A DNA stretch of 64,000 nucleotides. Source: a cyanobacterium endosymbiont of Rhopalodia gibba (GTDB lineage Bacteria > Cyanobacteriota > Cyanobacteriia > Cyanobacteriales > Microcystaceae). The notes under the pieces are model-generated. The model was not told where the DNA came from, made no database searches, and saw only the letters and a list, made by a program, of their open reading frames with translations. Both the position numbers and the translations under genes were made by a program. Shown in pieces: positions 33,053 to 43,432 of this stretch. Numbering within the stretch: position 1 is the stretch's first letter; each line of letters starts with the position of its first letter. Where the stretch lies: contig CP067995.1 in NCBI GenBank assembly GCA_045159875.1, positions 960,001 through 1,024,000 of the forward strand. Direction: 5' to 3'.

Positions 33053-33075
33053 AAACTTAGCTAAGTTTCTATTCC
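33046..33075. terminator. 30 bp perfect palindrome between convergent genes; probable bidirectional terminator
   Basis: ggaatagaaacttag|ctaagtttctattcc; overlaps the pilin stop codon. Confidence 0.75.
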
Positions 33076-33091
33076 TCTGGTCCCCAAATTT

Positions 33092-34564
33092 TCAACTTTT
33101 ATGTGATTGAGGAATAGTAATATCAATGGTGGTGATGGTTTTCTCTAAACGAGAAAGAGGAGGTTCAATAGCCTCCCTATTACCAACGACTAAGATAATC
33201 ATCTTTTCAGGAATCAGGTATTTTTGAGCAACCCGTTGAACATCTTTGATAGTAGTAGCCTTGACTCCTTGTTGATAACTGAAAATAAAATCTTTATGGT
33301 AACCATAATATTCATAGGTCATCAGACGGGATAAGACTTGACTGGGGTTCTCAAACTTAAAAACAAAAGAATTGAGAATGGATTCTTTAGCCTTAGAGAG
33401 TTCTTCTTCCGTAATGGGTGTTGTCCTTATCCGTTCAATTTCTTGCATAAAAGAGCTTAAAAAAGGAACTGTGGTTTCAGAACGAGTCTGTCCTCCGCCA
33501 TAAAACATCCCTGAATAGTCATAGGCAGCACTCCAATAGCCATAGACTGAGTAGGCAAGTCCTTGACGTGATCGCAATTCATTAAATAACCTTCCTCCAA
33601 ATCCGTTAACCACACCATTTAAGACACTCAATGTTGGATAATCAGGACTATCAAATTGTCCGCCTAAATGTCCTACTAGGACACTACTTTGAGTCAATTG
33701 AGGTTGATCGACCAAAAAGAGTCCTTGAGTATATTTCTGTCTAGCAGACGGAATCGCAATGTTTGGTTTAGGAGTTAACGATTTCCAATCTCCAAAGGTT
33801 TCACTAATCAAAGTTTTCATAGCTTTGGGATTAAAATCTCCCACAACTCCCAGAATTATTCCATCAGGGCGCACATAGTTTTGATAAAAAGTGATGATAT
33901 CCTCACGGGATATATTATCAATGGTGCTGTATTCCTCCATTCGTGCGTAAGGACTGGTATCACCATAGACTAACTTACGAAATTCTCTACTGGCAATATC
34001 TTTAGGGTTATCATTGCGTCGTGCAATTGCCCCTTTATATTGGGTTTTTACTAATGCTAGTTGTTCTGGAGTAAATGCTGGCTCACGAATCACCTCTTTA
34101 AATAAGTTAAAGACAGTTTCAATGTCTTCAGTCAGAGCATCAAAACTTGCTTTCCCTGATGCAGTACTAATACTGGTTTCTACGTGAGCTGCCCGTCTTT
34201 CAAGAAGTTCGTTTAATTCTTTGGGAGGATGATCTTTGGTTCCTCCCGTTCGCATCAGTATTCCAGTTATTTCTGCTAATCCTACTTTGTCTGATGGTTC
34301 TAGTCGTGAGCCAGTACGAATGATAGCGGTGCCATTTATCAATGGCAACTTATGATCCTCCATCAAATAGACCACCATTCCATTATCAAGTTTATAGCGT
34401 TCGTAGTCAGGAATAGTAATTTCAGGAAGAGGAGGGAATTCTAGTTCAGCATAATGCTTTGGAATTTGGGCAATCGCAGGAACTCGCAGGATCAATACTG
34501 AGAACACGGTCATACAAATTAGGCTAAGCCAGTGAAAATATTTCAATGGTTTTTTCTGGGTCAT
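33092..34564 (-). CDS. Secreted M16 (pitrilysin) family protein, non-catalytic-type subunit
   Basis: Signal peptide, LDNGMVVYLMEDHKLPLI and GRLFNELRSRQGLAYSV; no HxxEH motif. Confidence 0.9.
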   Translation of the reverse strand: MTQKKPLKYFHWLSLICMTVFSVLILRVPAIAQIPKHYAELEFPPLPEITIPDYERYKLDNGMVVYLMEDHKLPLINGTAIIRTGSRLEPSDKVGLAEITGILMRTGGTKDHPPKELNELLERRAAHVETSISTASGKASFDALTEDIETVFNLFKEVIREPAFTPEQLALVKTQYKGAIARRNDNPKDIASREFRKLVYGDTSPYARMEEYSTIDNISREDIITFYQNYVRPDGIILGVVGDFNPKAMKTLISETFGDWKSLTPKPNIAIPSARQKYTQGLFLVDQPQLTQSSVLVGHLGGQFDSPDYPTLSVLNGVVNGFGGRLFNELRSRQGLAYSVYGYWSAAYDYSGMFYGGGQTRSETTVPFLSSFMQEIERIRTTPITEEELSKAKESILNSFVFKFENPSQVLSRLMTYEYYGYHKDFIFSYQQGVKATTIKDVQRVAQKYLIPEKMIILVVGNREAIEPPLSRLEKTITTIDITIPQSHKS

Positions 34565-36471
34565 GGATAAATCAAATGATGTTAATCCTTTTCATTGTGA
34601 TACATTGAGGCATCAACTCGTCGCAGCCGATTTTCCTCCCTTTTTTATGCATGTTCTAGTGACTATGTCAAACATTTTCAGAAAAATTTTTACGTAAGTG
34701 CATTAAATCCTAATTAAATTAGTTACACTTGAGGTTTTTTTTGTAAAATTTTAGTTAAATCTTTATGTATTTTTTAAAAACTCCTTCTCAAAAAATATTC
34801 ACAATTATTTATCTACAATAATTATGAATATCAAAGTAAAAATAGAATTTCACAAAATATAAACTATATTCCTATCTTACTATTAGAGATTCATTTAGTT
34901 GAAGTTGATGCTTACTAACATTCATTTTTTGTAGCTAAAACTTTATTTTCAATAATCAGTGTATTTTTGAGAGTTTCTTTGTTTTCTTTTAAAGCTGCCA
35001 GAATTTTTATTTTTATATCTAAAGCTTCAAACTAAAAAGATATGATGAGGATACCCTTTTTATATAACTTTCCTAAAAAAAATAGTAACAGTATGTTTAG
35101 GCAGGATCTTTTTAATTCATTTAAACTCATCCGTATTTAGAATTCATAAATTAGTGCATACTACTTATTATTCTATTTTGTAGATTAAAGTTCAAGCATT
35201 ATTCTCAGTAACATTGTCGACTAAATAAGTGAGTTTAAATAAATATAAAAAATAACTCCAAAAAAGTAGTTTTTAGATAATTTTTTATCTAAAAGTAGGA
35301 ATTGAATAATTAGAAGAGCAAGCAGGATACAAAGTTAATTCGCTACAAAAATGGTTTTATCTTGGAAGATAATAGGATAAATTCTCTATTCAAGAAAATA
35401 ATAAAAAGTTAAAATTTATATTACATACTATTATTAAGTGCAATCAGAGCGATAACTTCTAAAAAATAATTTAAAAAATATAAATCTTATAGAGTTTTTA
35501 AAAAAAATATAAGAATGAGAAACTTTGATAGATAAGATATAAGTTAGTTTGAATAACTATCGTATTTGTTAGAAATAGATAAAAAAATTAATTAACTTCC
35601 AAAAAAATATAGCTTTAAAAAAGCTATAGATAGAAGGAGAAAAAAGTTAATTTACAAATTAATTTATATGATATATATAGTTTATAGGAGTCTCTAAAAA
35701 TAGATTTTTTTAAAAATAATAAAAACCACTCATATATAGTAGTTACTTATTATATATCAGTGGTTTAGTTGAAGTAAATGTTGAAATAATGGATAGAAAA
35801 AGAATGGCATTAGGTAAAATTCTATGAAACTACTGTAAAAATATTTAATATTTAAAGATAAATATAATTTAAATAAAACAACTAAATAAAGTTTGTATAC
35901 AAGTAGTTGTTCTAGAAAATATTAATTAAAAACTCTCTTTGCCGATACTTTTTATACTTACTTAGATAAGTCTTAAAGATTAAGTATGATGCAGAATTGT
36001 CTATTTCTGAAGACAATTGTAACTAAAACATTATAAATGCACTTTAGTATCATGGTTTATAGATTTAAGACAATTTCTTGTTAACAGCGCAAAGTTTGAA
36101 TGAGAACATCGAGATGTTCATGACTCACCCTCAAGAGAAAACAATGAAGTGACACTTCATAGATATTACCGCTAGAGTCATATAGACCAAGAATAAAACC
36201 GGTAAATCAACTTAACAATTGGCAAGGTATTTTCAGGTTATTTATAGTTTTTTAGTCGTCTTTTTAGACCTTAATTGACAATAAAAAGTATAATGGAATA
36301 TAAGAAGCGCAAGTCATAATTTTCTCTCTTTTATTCGCTATTTTTGAACTACTTTAATATATAAATCTTATTCTAATAATATTTATATTAGTGACAGCAA
36401 CTTGGAATTATTTTCCTTTATACTACTCTTCGACTATTTTTGGTATCCTGTCATCCTATCAGAAAGGATAG

Positions 36472-37095
36472 TCAACTTTTTTGAAAAATAACAGATAAAT
36501 TATTTGCTGGCATATTAACTATTTTCATCAACTTTAATTCTTGCTGTTGAGAAATGTCAATAACATCTTCAAGATTACGAACTCCCCAAGCTTGATTTTG
36601 AAGGGAAAGAGACTCGTCAAACAACTGATTACTAGGAGCAGTGTGTTTGCCTCTTTGTTTGTAGGGTCCATAAAGATAAAGAATACCTCCTGAAAGTAAT
36701 AGATTTCCTGCTCCTTCAATTAACCCTAAACAAGCTTCCCAAGGGCTAATATGAATCATATTAATATTGACAATTGCTATAATTTCGAGATTTTTTAATC
36801 CCTCAGTCCAAGTAGGATTTAGTACATCTATATTCATAGAAGACCGACAATTAGAAGAGGAATAAAACTTTCGCCATGCATCAATACTTTTCTGTCGCAT
36901 AGCATCAGGTTCAGAGGGGATCCATTGATAATTTTTTAGTTTTGAAGAAAAATAAACGGCGTGTTCTCCTGTGCCACTAGCAATTTCTAAAATATTACCT
37001 GCGGGAGGTAAAACACTTACCAGAGTTTCAAAAATAGAATCACGGTTGCGTTGTGTTGCGGGAGCATACTGTCTTAAATCATTTTCAAAAGTCAT
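36472..37095 (-). CDS. DUF938 family SAM-dependent methyltransferase
   Basis: APATQRNR, ILEIASGTGEH, NMIHISPW, YLYGPY and MPANNL. Confidence 0.9.
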   Translation of the reverse strand: MTFENDLRQYAPATQRNRDSIFETLVSVLPPAGNILEIASGTGEHAVYFSSKLKNYQWIPSEPDAMRQKSIDAWRKFYSSSNCRSSMNIDVLNPTWTEGLKNLEIIAIVNINMIHISPWEACLGLIEGAGNLLLSGGILYLYGPYKQRGKHTAPSNQLFDESLSLQNQAWGVRNLEDVIDISQQQELKLMKIVNMPANNLSVIFQKS

Positions 37096-37198
37096 AATAA
37101 TTCGCTTGAACTTAATAGACGTTTAATATCTGATAATAAAGAATAGCATTAAGATAGCTACAAACAGAACACTGATTAGATAAAAGAAAAAAAATAAA

Positions 37199-37648
37199 AT
37201 GAGTCAGCAAACAACAGCACTGATAATCGGTGGAGTCTTACCAGCATTAATGTTTGGGTTTTCTAATATTTTTATTAAAGTTAGTAACTCTAGTGGAATT
37301 TCAACAAGTGCCTATGTGACCATTGTCGGAGTAGCAGTCACCTTAGTAGGAATCATTAGTGGCTTTATGGCGGAACAGAACTTTATGGTTAACTCTAAAT
37401 CAATTTTTTTTGCCCTATGTGTTGGAGCAACATGGGCATTGGGACAATTAATGATTGCCTTCACTCTTCAAAAATTCCCAATTCCTCTCTCAGTTATATC
37501 TCCTATTTTTAATTCTAATACTTTAGTTACTGTCCTCATTGCTCTGATTGTTTTTAATGAGTGGACTCAAGTATCTATGGAATGGTTATGTGCGGGAGCT
37601 TTTTTAACCACTATTGGGAGTATTTTAGTTGCCCGTTCACTTATTTAG
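37199..37648 (+). CDS. Small DMT/EamA-like membrane protein (about five TM helices)
   Basis: Hydrophobic 149 aa ORF with LSVISPIFNSNTLVTVLIALIVFNE, resembling a single EamA repeat. Confidence 0.7.
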   Translation: MSQQTTALIIGGVLPALMFGFSNIFIKVSNSSGISTSAYVTIVGVAVTLVGIISGFMAEQNFMVNSKSIFFALCVGATWALGQLMIAFTLQKFPIPLSVISPIFNSNTLVTVLIALIVFNEWTQVSMEWLCAGAFLTTIGSILVARSLI

Positions 37649-39058
37649 TATAATTTACAAAAAGAGAGTCCAGGATATCAGTTATGTTAATATTATTGTC
37701 AATAACTAATTTGGATTAGTGGATAGTTATTTATATAGATGAAAGTTTTCATACAAGTTATTACTTTAGTAAGCAAATACTGACTTTATTTGTGTAGAAT
37801 AAAATTTGAATTTTTTATTAGTACATTAATTAAGTACTAATAAATTTTGCTTTGTTTTGAATTTATGAATTAGTTATTTATTATACTAAGTATATAAAAT
37901 TTATATGTTTTGAGTGAGAATTATTATGAATTTATCTTTTATTTAATCGGTATATTGAGAGGTAAAGTTTTATCTGTTAAGTTTAATCACATTTGCTACT
38001 CTGTGCTTAAATCTAATTTTGAATCAATGTTCTCCATCTATAATTTTTAATGTAAATTAAAGATAATTATTTCCGCTTATTTTGTCTTTATCTTATTTTT
38101 TTAGCTATATTTTTAATATCTTTATTTAAAGCCCTCTTAAATAATTTTTTACAGCTTTTTCTACCTAAAAAAAATTTTTAATAGTTCTTCATTATTGGGC
38201 TATTTTTTTGAGGTAGTTGAGCTATAATAGACACGGATTTCTATCACCTCTATTTTTTAATAGAATCAAACTGTTCTTATCTTAAGATAAGATATTAGCA
38301 ATAAATAATGACGAATACTTGTGAATTTAGAATCTTATTCATTGAATTGAGTTGAGTACTTGATGCCATAAATATAAATTAAGTAAAAATTTTGAATTTA
38401 GCATAATTTAATCTAACTATAGACTCTACTGTGAGAGTAGACACATAAATGATACTTTTTGATAAAATTATCATCCATTGGAAATAAAATTTATTTTTTA
38501 TATTTCTAATATATACATGGTTATTTTTATATAACTGTAGTTCCTGTAACTTCTCTCGATTAATTGAATTTCAACATGTTTAATTGCACTATCTAAAGTA
38601 GAAGATAATATTACAATTATTTACTTTACCTCTTGTAATATAGTACTAACAATAAAAATATAAATAGCACTTCTATTCTTAGAAACATAATTTTTGCCGT
38701 AAATACGTTTGACTATACTGACATACTTAATTTTATAAAAAAGGTTTGATGATTATAGAATGGACTCATAATAATAGTCTTAAAAGTTATTAGCTGCCAG
38801 TTTGTTATTCTCAGCCTAGAATGGCAAAAGTCTTTAGATATTTTTACTTGATTAAATTCATGAAATAATTACCTCTCATTGTAAATTTTTAATTTATTTT
38901 TTCTGGAATAGGCGAGAAAACAAATATTTAAGTTCTATGTTCTATCAAATGACGGAGATTAACCGCAATGCGCACTAAATTAGGTTAAAATCAATAATAT
39001 CTTATATCTCTCTCTAGTCCCCAAACGTTAGTAGAAATCAAATCGATAAAAACGAACA

Positions 39059-40033
39059 ATGGCAAAAACTGAACGCCGAACCTTTCTTTTAGACTTTGAA
39101 AAACCCTTATCAGAATTAGAAGCCCGTATTAGCCAAATTGGTGAGCTTGCCGAAGAGAATAATGTTGATGTATCTGAACAAATTGCTCAACTTGAACGAC
39201 GGGCTAATCAGCTATGCAAAGAAATTTTTAGTACCCTTACCCCATCCCAACAGCTACAATTAGCCCGTCATCCCCGTCGTCCTAGTACCCTTGACTACGT
39301 TCAAGCAATTACTGATGAATGGTTTGAATTACATGGTGATCGTGGCGGGTGTGATGATCCTGCTTTAGTAGGAGGAGTAGCGCGCTTAGGAGGTCGTCCT
39401 GTCACTATTTTAGGAGAACAAAAAGGACGAGACACTAAGGATAATGTCGCCCGTAACTTCGGAATGGCTTCTCCTGGAGGCTATCGTAAAGCCATGCGTT
39501 TGATGGAACGTGCCAATCGATTTAATCAGCCAATCTTAACTTTTATTGATACTCCTGGGGCTTGGGCGGGGGTAGAGGCTGAAAAATTAGGACAAGGAGA
39601 AGCAATCGCCTATAATTTAAGGGAAATGTTTTGCTTGGATGTCCCGATTATTTCTACTGTTATTGGAGAAGGGGGCTCAGGTGGGGCATTAGGTATTGGG
39701 GTAGGTGATCGCTTATTAATGCTTGAACATGCTGTCTATATGGTAGCTACGCCAGAAGCTTGTGCCGCCATTCTTTGGAAAGATGCCAAAAAATCTCCCC
39801 AGGCGGCCACAGCCTTAAAAATTACGGCCTCAAATCTTAAAGAATTAGGTATTGTAGATCGCATTGTTCCTGAACCTTCTGGGGCAGCTCACACGAAACC
39901 GCTAGAAGCATCAGCTATACTGAAACAAATCCTTTTAGATACCCTCGATGAACTCTCTTCTGTGACAGCTAAAGAGCGACGAAAATTACGTTATCAAAAA
40001 TATCGACAGATTGGCAAATTTTTTGAGAATTGA
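39059..40033 (+). CDS. accA: Acetyl-CoA carboxylase carboxyltransferase alpha subunit
   Basis: [27 protein letters not shown] and [11 protein letters not shown]. Confidence 0.98.
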   Translation: MAKTERRTFLLDFEKPLSELEARISQIGELAEENNVDVSEQIAQLERRANQLCKEIFSTLTPSQQLQLARHPRRPSTLDYVQAITDEWFELHGDRGGCDDPALVGGVARLGGRPVTILGEQKGRDTKDNVARNFGMASPGGYRKAMRLMERANRFNQPILTFIDTPGAWAGVEAEKLGQGEAIAYNLREMFCLDVPIISTVIGEGGSGGALGIGVGDRLLMLEHAVYMVATPEACAAILWKDAKKSPQAATALKITASNLKELGIVDRIVPEPSGAAHTKPLEASAILKQILLDTLDELSSVTAKERRKLRYQKYRQIGKFFEN

Positions 40034-40119
40034 GAGGACATTCCCAACAAATTATATTTATTTTTTGAGGAATAGGCAATTATCTATAACCTAAAATTTA
40101 GGAATCCATACTTCTGGGA

Positions 40120-40128
40120 TGTTATAAT
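40120..40128 (+). promoter_or_regulatory. Putative extended -10 promoter element for the SDR-folE operon
   Basis: TG-T-TATAAT, a perfect extended -10 consensus about 230 nt upstream of the SDR start. Confidence 0.5.
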
Positions 40129-40360
40129 TGCTCAGATGACGATTCGTAAAAATATCTAAAGCAGGGCGAGCTCGGCTCGTTTTTGCCTGGATGCCACTGC
40201 CCCTTATCCAGGGTCTCATCTCCTAGACAACTGAGGATTTCCTAACAAATTAATTTCTATTGTTTTCTGAAACTATCCAAGTTGTTTGGAGGACTAGCTT
40301 AGTATAATTCTAACAACTTTTAGTCAGGAGGCAGTATAGATACTGAAGCAGAAGCGTATC

Positions 40361-41089
40361 ATGAATTTTCCTTCAAGTCAACTTCGAGCTATTATTACGG
40401 GAGCCAGCAGTGGTATTGGAGAAGCCACTACCCTGACTTTTGCTAAGGCTGGGATAGATCTCGCCTTAATCAGCCGTCCTTCAGATAAATTAAAAGCAGT
40501 TGCTAAGGCAGCCCAAGAGATAGGGGTCTTAGCTCAAGCCTACGGGGTCGATTTGTGTCAACTAGCTGATATACCAGGAAAAATACAACAAATTGCCGAT
40601 AGTTTTGGAGGGATTGACATTATTGTTAATAATGCGGGAATGGGTTACACCAATCCCCTGGCAGATACTTCTCTATCAGACTGGCAAAAGGTGATGGATC
40701 TAAACTTAACTAGTGTGTTTCAATGTGTTCGGGGAATTTTACCCCAGATGCGTAAGCAGGGTCATGGAACGATTATTAATGTATCTTCGATCGCTGCTTT
40801 TAATACATTCCCTAAATGGGGAGCTTATAGCGTCAGTAAAGCTGGCTTAGCCGCTTTTTCTAGAATTTTAGCAGCTGAAGAACAGGTTAATGGTATTCGT
40901 ATCATCACCATCAACCCTGGAGCAGTTAATACCCCCATCTGGGATACAGAAACTGTTCAAGCCGATTTGAATCGTTCTGCTATGCTCGACCCCTATACCG
41001 TCGCTCAAACTATTCTTCAGGCGGCACTCTTGCCAGCAGAAGCTGTCATTGAAGAAATGACTATTTTACCTAGTGCTAGAACTCTGTAA
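40361..41089 (+). CDS. Short-chain dehydrogenase/reductase, apparently co-transcribed with folE
   Basis: TGASSGIG, NNAG, catalytic S...YxxxK (YSVSK) and NPGAVNTP. Confidence 0.93.
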   Translation: MNFPSSQLRAIITGASSGIGEATTLTFAKAGIDLALISRPSDKLKAVAKAAQEIGVLAQAYGVDLCQLADIPGKIQQIADSFGGIDIIVNNAGMGYTNPLADTSLSDWQKVMDLNLTSVFQCVRGILPQMRKQGHGTIINVSSIAAFNTFPKWGAYSVSKAGLAAFSRILAAEEQVNGIRIITINPGAVNTPIWDTETVQADLNRSAMLDPYTVAQTILQAALLPAEAVIEEMTILPSARTL

Positions 41090-41116
41090 GCCCAGATAAG
41101 TGTTTTTACTTTAATC

Positions 41117-41836
41117 ATGACAATAGCGTCTTCTAAAGGATTTAATCCCCTTGATTCTAACGGCTTCAACGATCTCAGCCCCAGTCTGGTTGAGTGTGTT
41201 TCCAGCCGACCTGACCGTAATGTTCACAATGGAGAACAAGTACATTTCCGTTCAGCCGAGGAAACCAATAAAGAAAAAATAATGGAGGCTGTCCGAACTA
41301 TGTTAGAGGCGCTAGGGGAAGATCCTGCTCGAGAGGGATTATTGAAAACTCCTAAACGAGTTGCAGAAGCCATGGCGTTTCTAACTGATGGGTATAATCA
41401 ATCTCTAGAAACCTTAGTCAATGATGCCATTTTTAACGAGGGGCACAGTGAGATGGTTTTAGTGCGAGACATCCATTTTTCTAGTCTCTGTGAACATCAT
41501 ATGCTCCCGTTTGTGGGCAAAGCCCACGTTGCATATATTCCTAATCAAAAAGTAGTCGGACTCAGTAAACTGGCGCGGATTGTAGAAATGTATTCCCGTC
41601 GTTTACAGGTACAAGAACGCTTAACTCGTCAAATTGCGGAAGCAATCCAAGAAATTTTAGATCCTCAAGGAGTAGCAGTTTTAATGGAAGCAACTCATAT
41701 GTGTATGGTGATGCGAGGGGTGCAAAAACCCGGTTCTTGGACTGTTACCAGTACGATGTTAGGAGTCTTCCAAGAAGAGCAAAAAACCCGCGAAGAGTTC
41801 CTAAATTTAATTCGTCATCAACCTAGCTTTTTTTAG
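41117..41836 (+). CDS. folE: GTP cyclohydrolase I
   Basis: [39 protein letters not shown] and HMCMVMRG. Confidence 0.98.
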   Translation: MTIASSKGFNPLDSNGFNDLSPSLVECVSSRPDRNVHNGEQVHFRSAEETNKEKIMEAVRTMLEALGEDPAREGLLKTPKRVAEAMAFLTDGYNQSLETLVNDAIFNEGHSEMVLVRDIHFSSLCEHHMLPFVGKAHVAYIPNQKVVGLSKLARIVEMYSRRLQVQERLTRQIAEAIQEILDPQGVAVLMEATHMCMVMRGVQKPGSWTVTSTMLGVFQEEQKTREEFLNLIRHQPSFF

Positions 41837-41859
41837 CTTAATCTAACTGTATTAGCCTT

Positions 41860-41900
41860 GACATAAGAACCTCTTAATTTAATTAGGAGGTTCTTATGTC
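41860..41900. terminator. Bidirectional terminator hairpin between folE and the convergent ORF
   Basis: gacataagaacctc...gaggttcttatgtc, 14 bp perfect arms. Confidence 0.75.
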
Positions 41901-41938
41901 ACTTTCTTAGTTCACCAACAAATCGAAGTTAGAAAATC

Positions 41939-42181
41939 TTATCTATTTTTGTCTTCTGATTTCATCATAAACTCATTTTTTTTGTAAGCTTTAGCAGAAG
42001 CTCTAATCCAAATCGTTGCTGCCAAAGTGAATGGGAAAAACATTACTCCTAAACCAATCACTAGAGGATGCTCTCTAGCAAACGGAACACTTCTTAAAAC
42101 TGCAATAATTCCACCGCAGTAAAGTAAACCTAGAATGGGAAGTCCTAAGACTAATAACGCGAATCGAGTATCTTTATCCAT
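41939..42181 (-). CDS. Small two-TM hypothetical membrane protein
   Basis: 80 aa intact ORF (MDKDTRFALLVLGLPILGLLYC...) with two hydrophobic helices. Confidence 0.7.
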   Translation of the reverse strand: MDKDTRFALLVLGLPILGLLYCGGIIAVLRSVPFAREHPLVIGLGVMFFPFTLAATIWIRASAKAYKKNEFMMKSEDKNR

Positions 42182-42280
42182 GCTAACAGCTATCTAACAA
42201 AAAACTAAACGATAAATGAAATAAGTATCATGATGATTTTCAACATTTTATTTGTCTCTCGACAGTCATCTTAGTATAGT

Positions 42281-42850
42281 TCATACTTTATATAAGTGGG
42301 GCAATAAAGCTTCAAATGCTTGACCTCGATGACTCACTTTGCGTTTAATATCTGGCGGCATTTGGGCAAAGGTTTGTTTATATTGAGGAACATAAAAAAT
42401 AGAATCGTAACCAAATCCTCCTGTTCCTCTCGGACTGGTCAGAATTTCTCCACGACAAATGCCTTCACTTTGTAAGGCAATTGAACCATCCTGACGAGCT
42501 ATTGCAATAGCACATACAAATTGCCCCTGACGCTGGTCTGTCTTCCCCAATTCTCTCAACAACCGTTCAATGCGCTCTTCATCTGTTGTACCGTATCGAG
42601 CTGAATATATTCCTGGGGCATTCTTTAGGGCATCAACTGCCAATCCCGAGTCATCAGCAATCGCCCACTCTCCTAAAGCTTTAGCCACTTGGGAGGCTTT
42701 CAAGCAAGCATTTTCAAGAAATGTCGTTCCTGTTTCTTCAATCTCTAAGGTATCTGGCTTTAATTCTAATTCCCAGTCTAACTCAATTAGATAGCTTTGT
42801 ATCTCTTTAAGTTTTCCAGGGTTACTCGTGGCAACAATTAGTTTTTTCAT
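42281..42850 (-). CDS. rdgB: Non-canonical purine NTP pyrophosphatase (RdgB/HAM1)
   Basis: ATSNPGK, EETGTTFLENA, ADDSGL, APGIYSARY, GFGYD and SHRG. Confidence 0.96.
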   Translation of the reverse strand: MKKLIVATSNPGKLKEIQSYLIELDWELELKPDTLEIEETGTTFLENACLKASQVAKALGEWAIADDSGLAVDALKNAPGIYSARYGTTDEERIERLLRELGKTDQRQGQFVCAIAIARQDGSIALQSEGICRGEILTSPRGTGGFGYDSIFYVPQYKQTFAQMPPDIKRKVSHRGQAFEALLPHLYKV

Positions 42851-43432
42851 TGAAAATTAACAGATTATTAATAACTATTTACTTATAACTGTCTACTGAA
42901 CTCTAGGGAACTATTATCAATAGATTTTCTTCTTCCAATGCAGAGGTTCATTGCTCTTGCAAGAACTTCTCTTGTCACCAAGAATTGCTCTATACTTCTG
43001 GTGGTTTATTGAAGTCACAACACTCTCTTTTCCTTGAGGTTGATGTCTTCAACACCACCAGGGGCTTTTTTTAGAGTCCTTGAGAAAAAAGTAAATCTAC
43101 AGAGATTATGGGATGTGATGGCGCGGAGTTACACCTAAAGTCTATTTATTTTCAAGAATTACAGCATAATATCATCCTAGTTTAGGTTATTATCAGAACA
43201 ATTAGCCTAAATTACATTAAAGACTGTTCACACAGTATATCCCGAGAGAACTGTAAGGTGTACTGCCCTACGTCAATACACCAAAAAAACTATTTTTATC
43301 CGTTAAGACACAAAAAAGTAAGAAGTCACCTAAAACATTAGAGTTTGCGTCCGATGCATCTGCTTAATGTTTTGTTGATAAACAGTCTCTAGGATTAATA
43401 GCTTCGAGCTAAGCATTTCAATCTTTGGTTTC

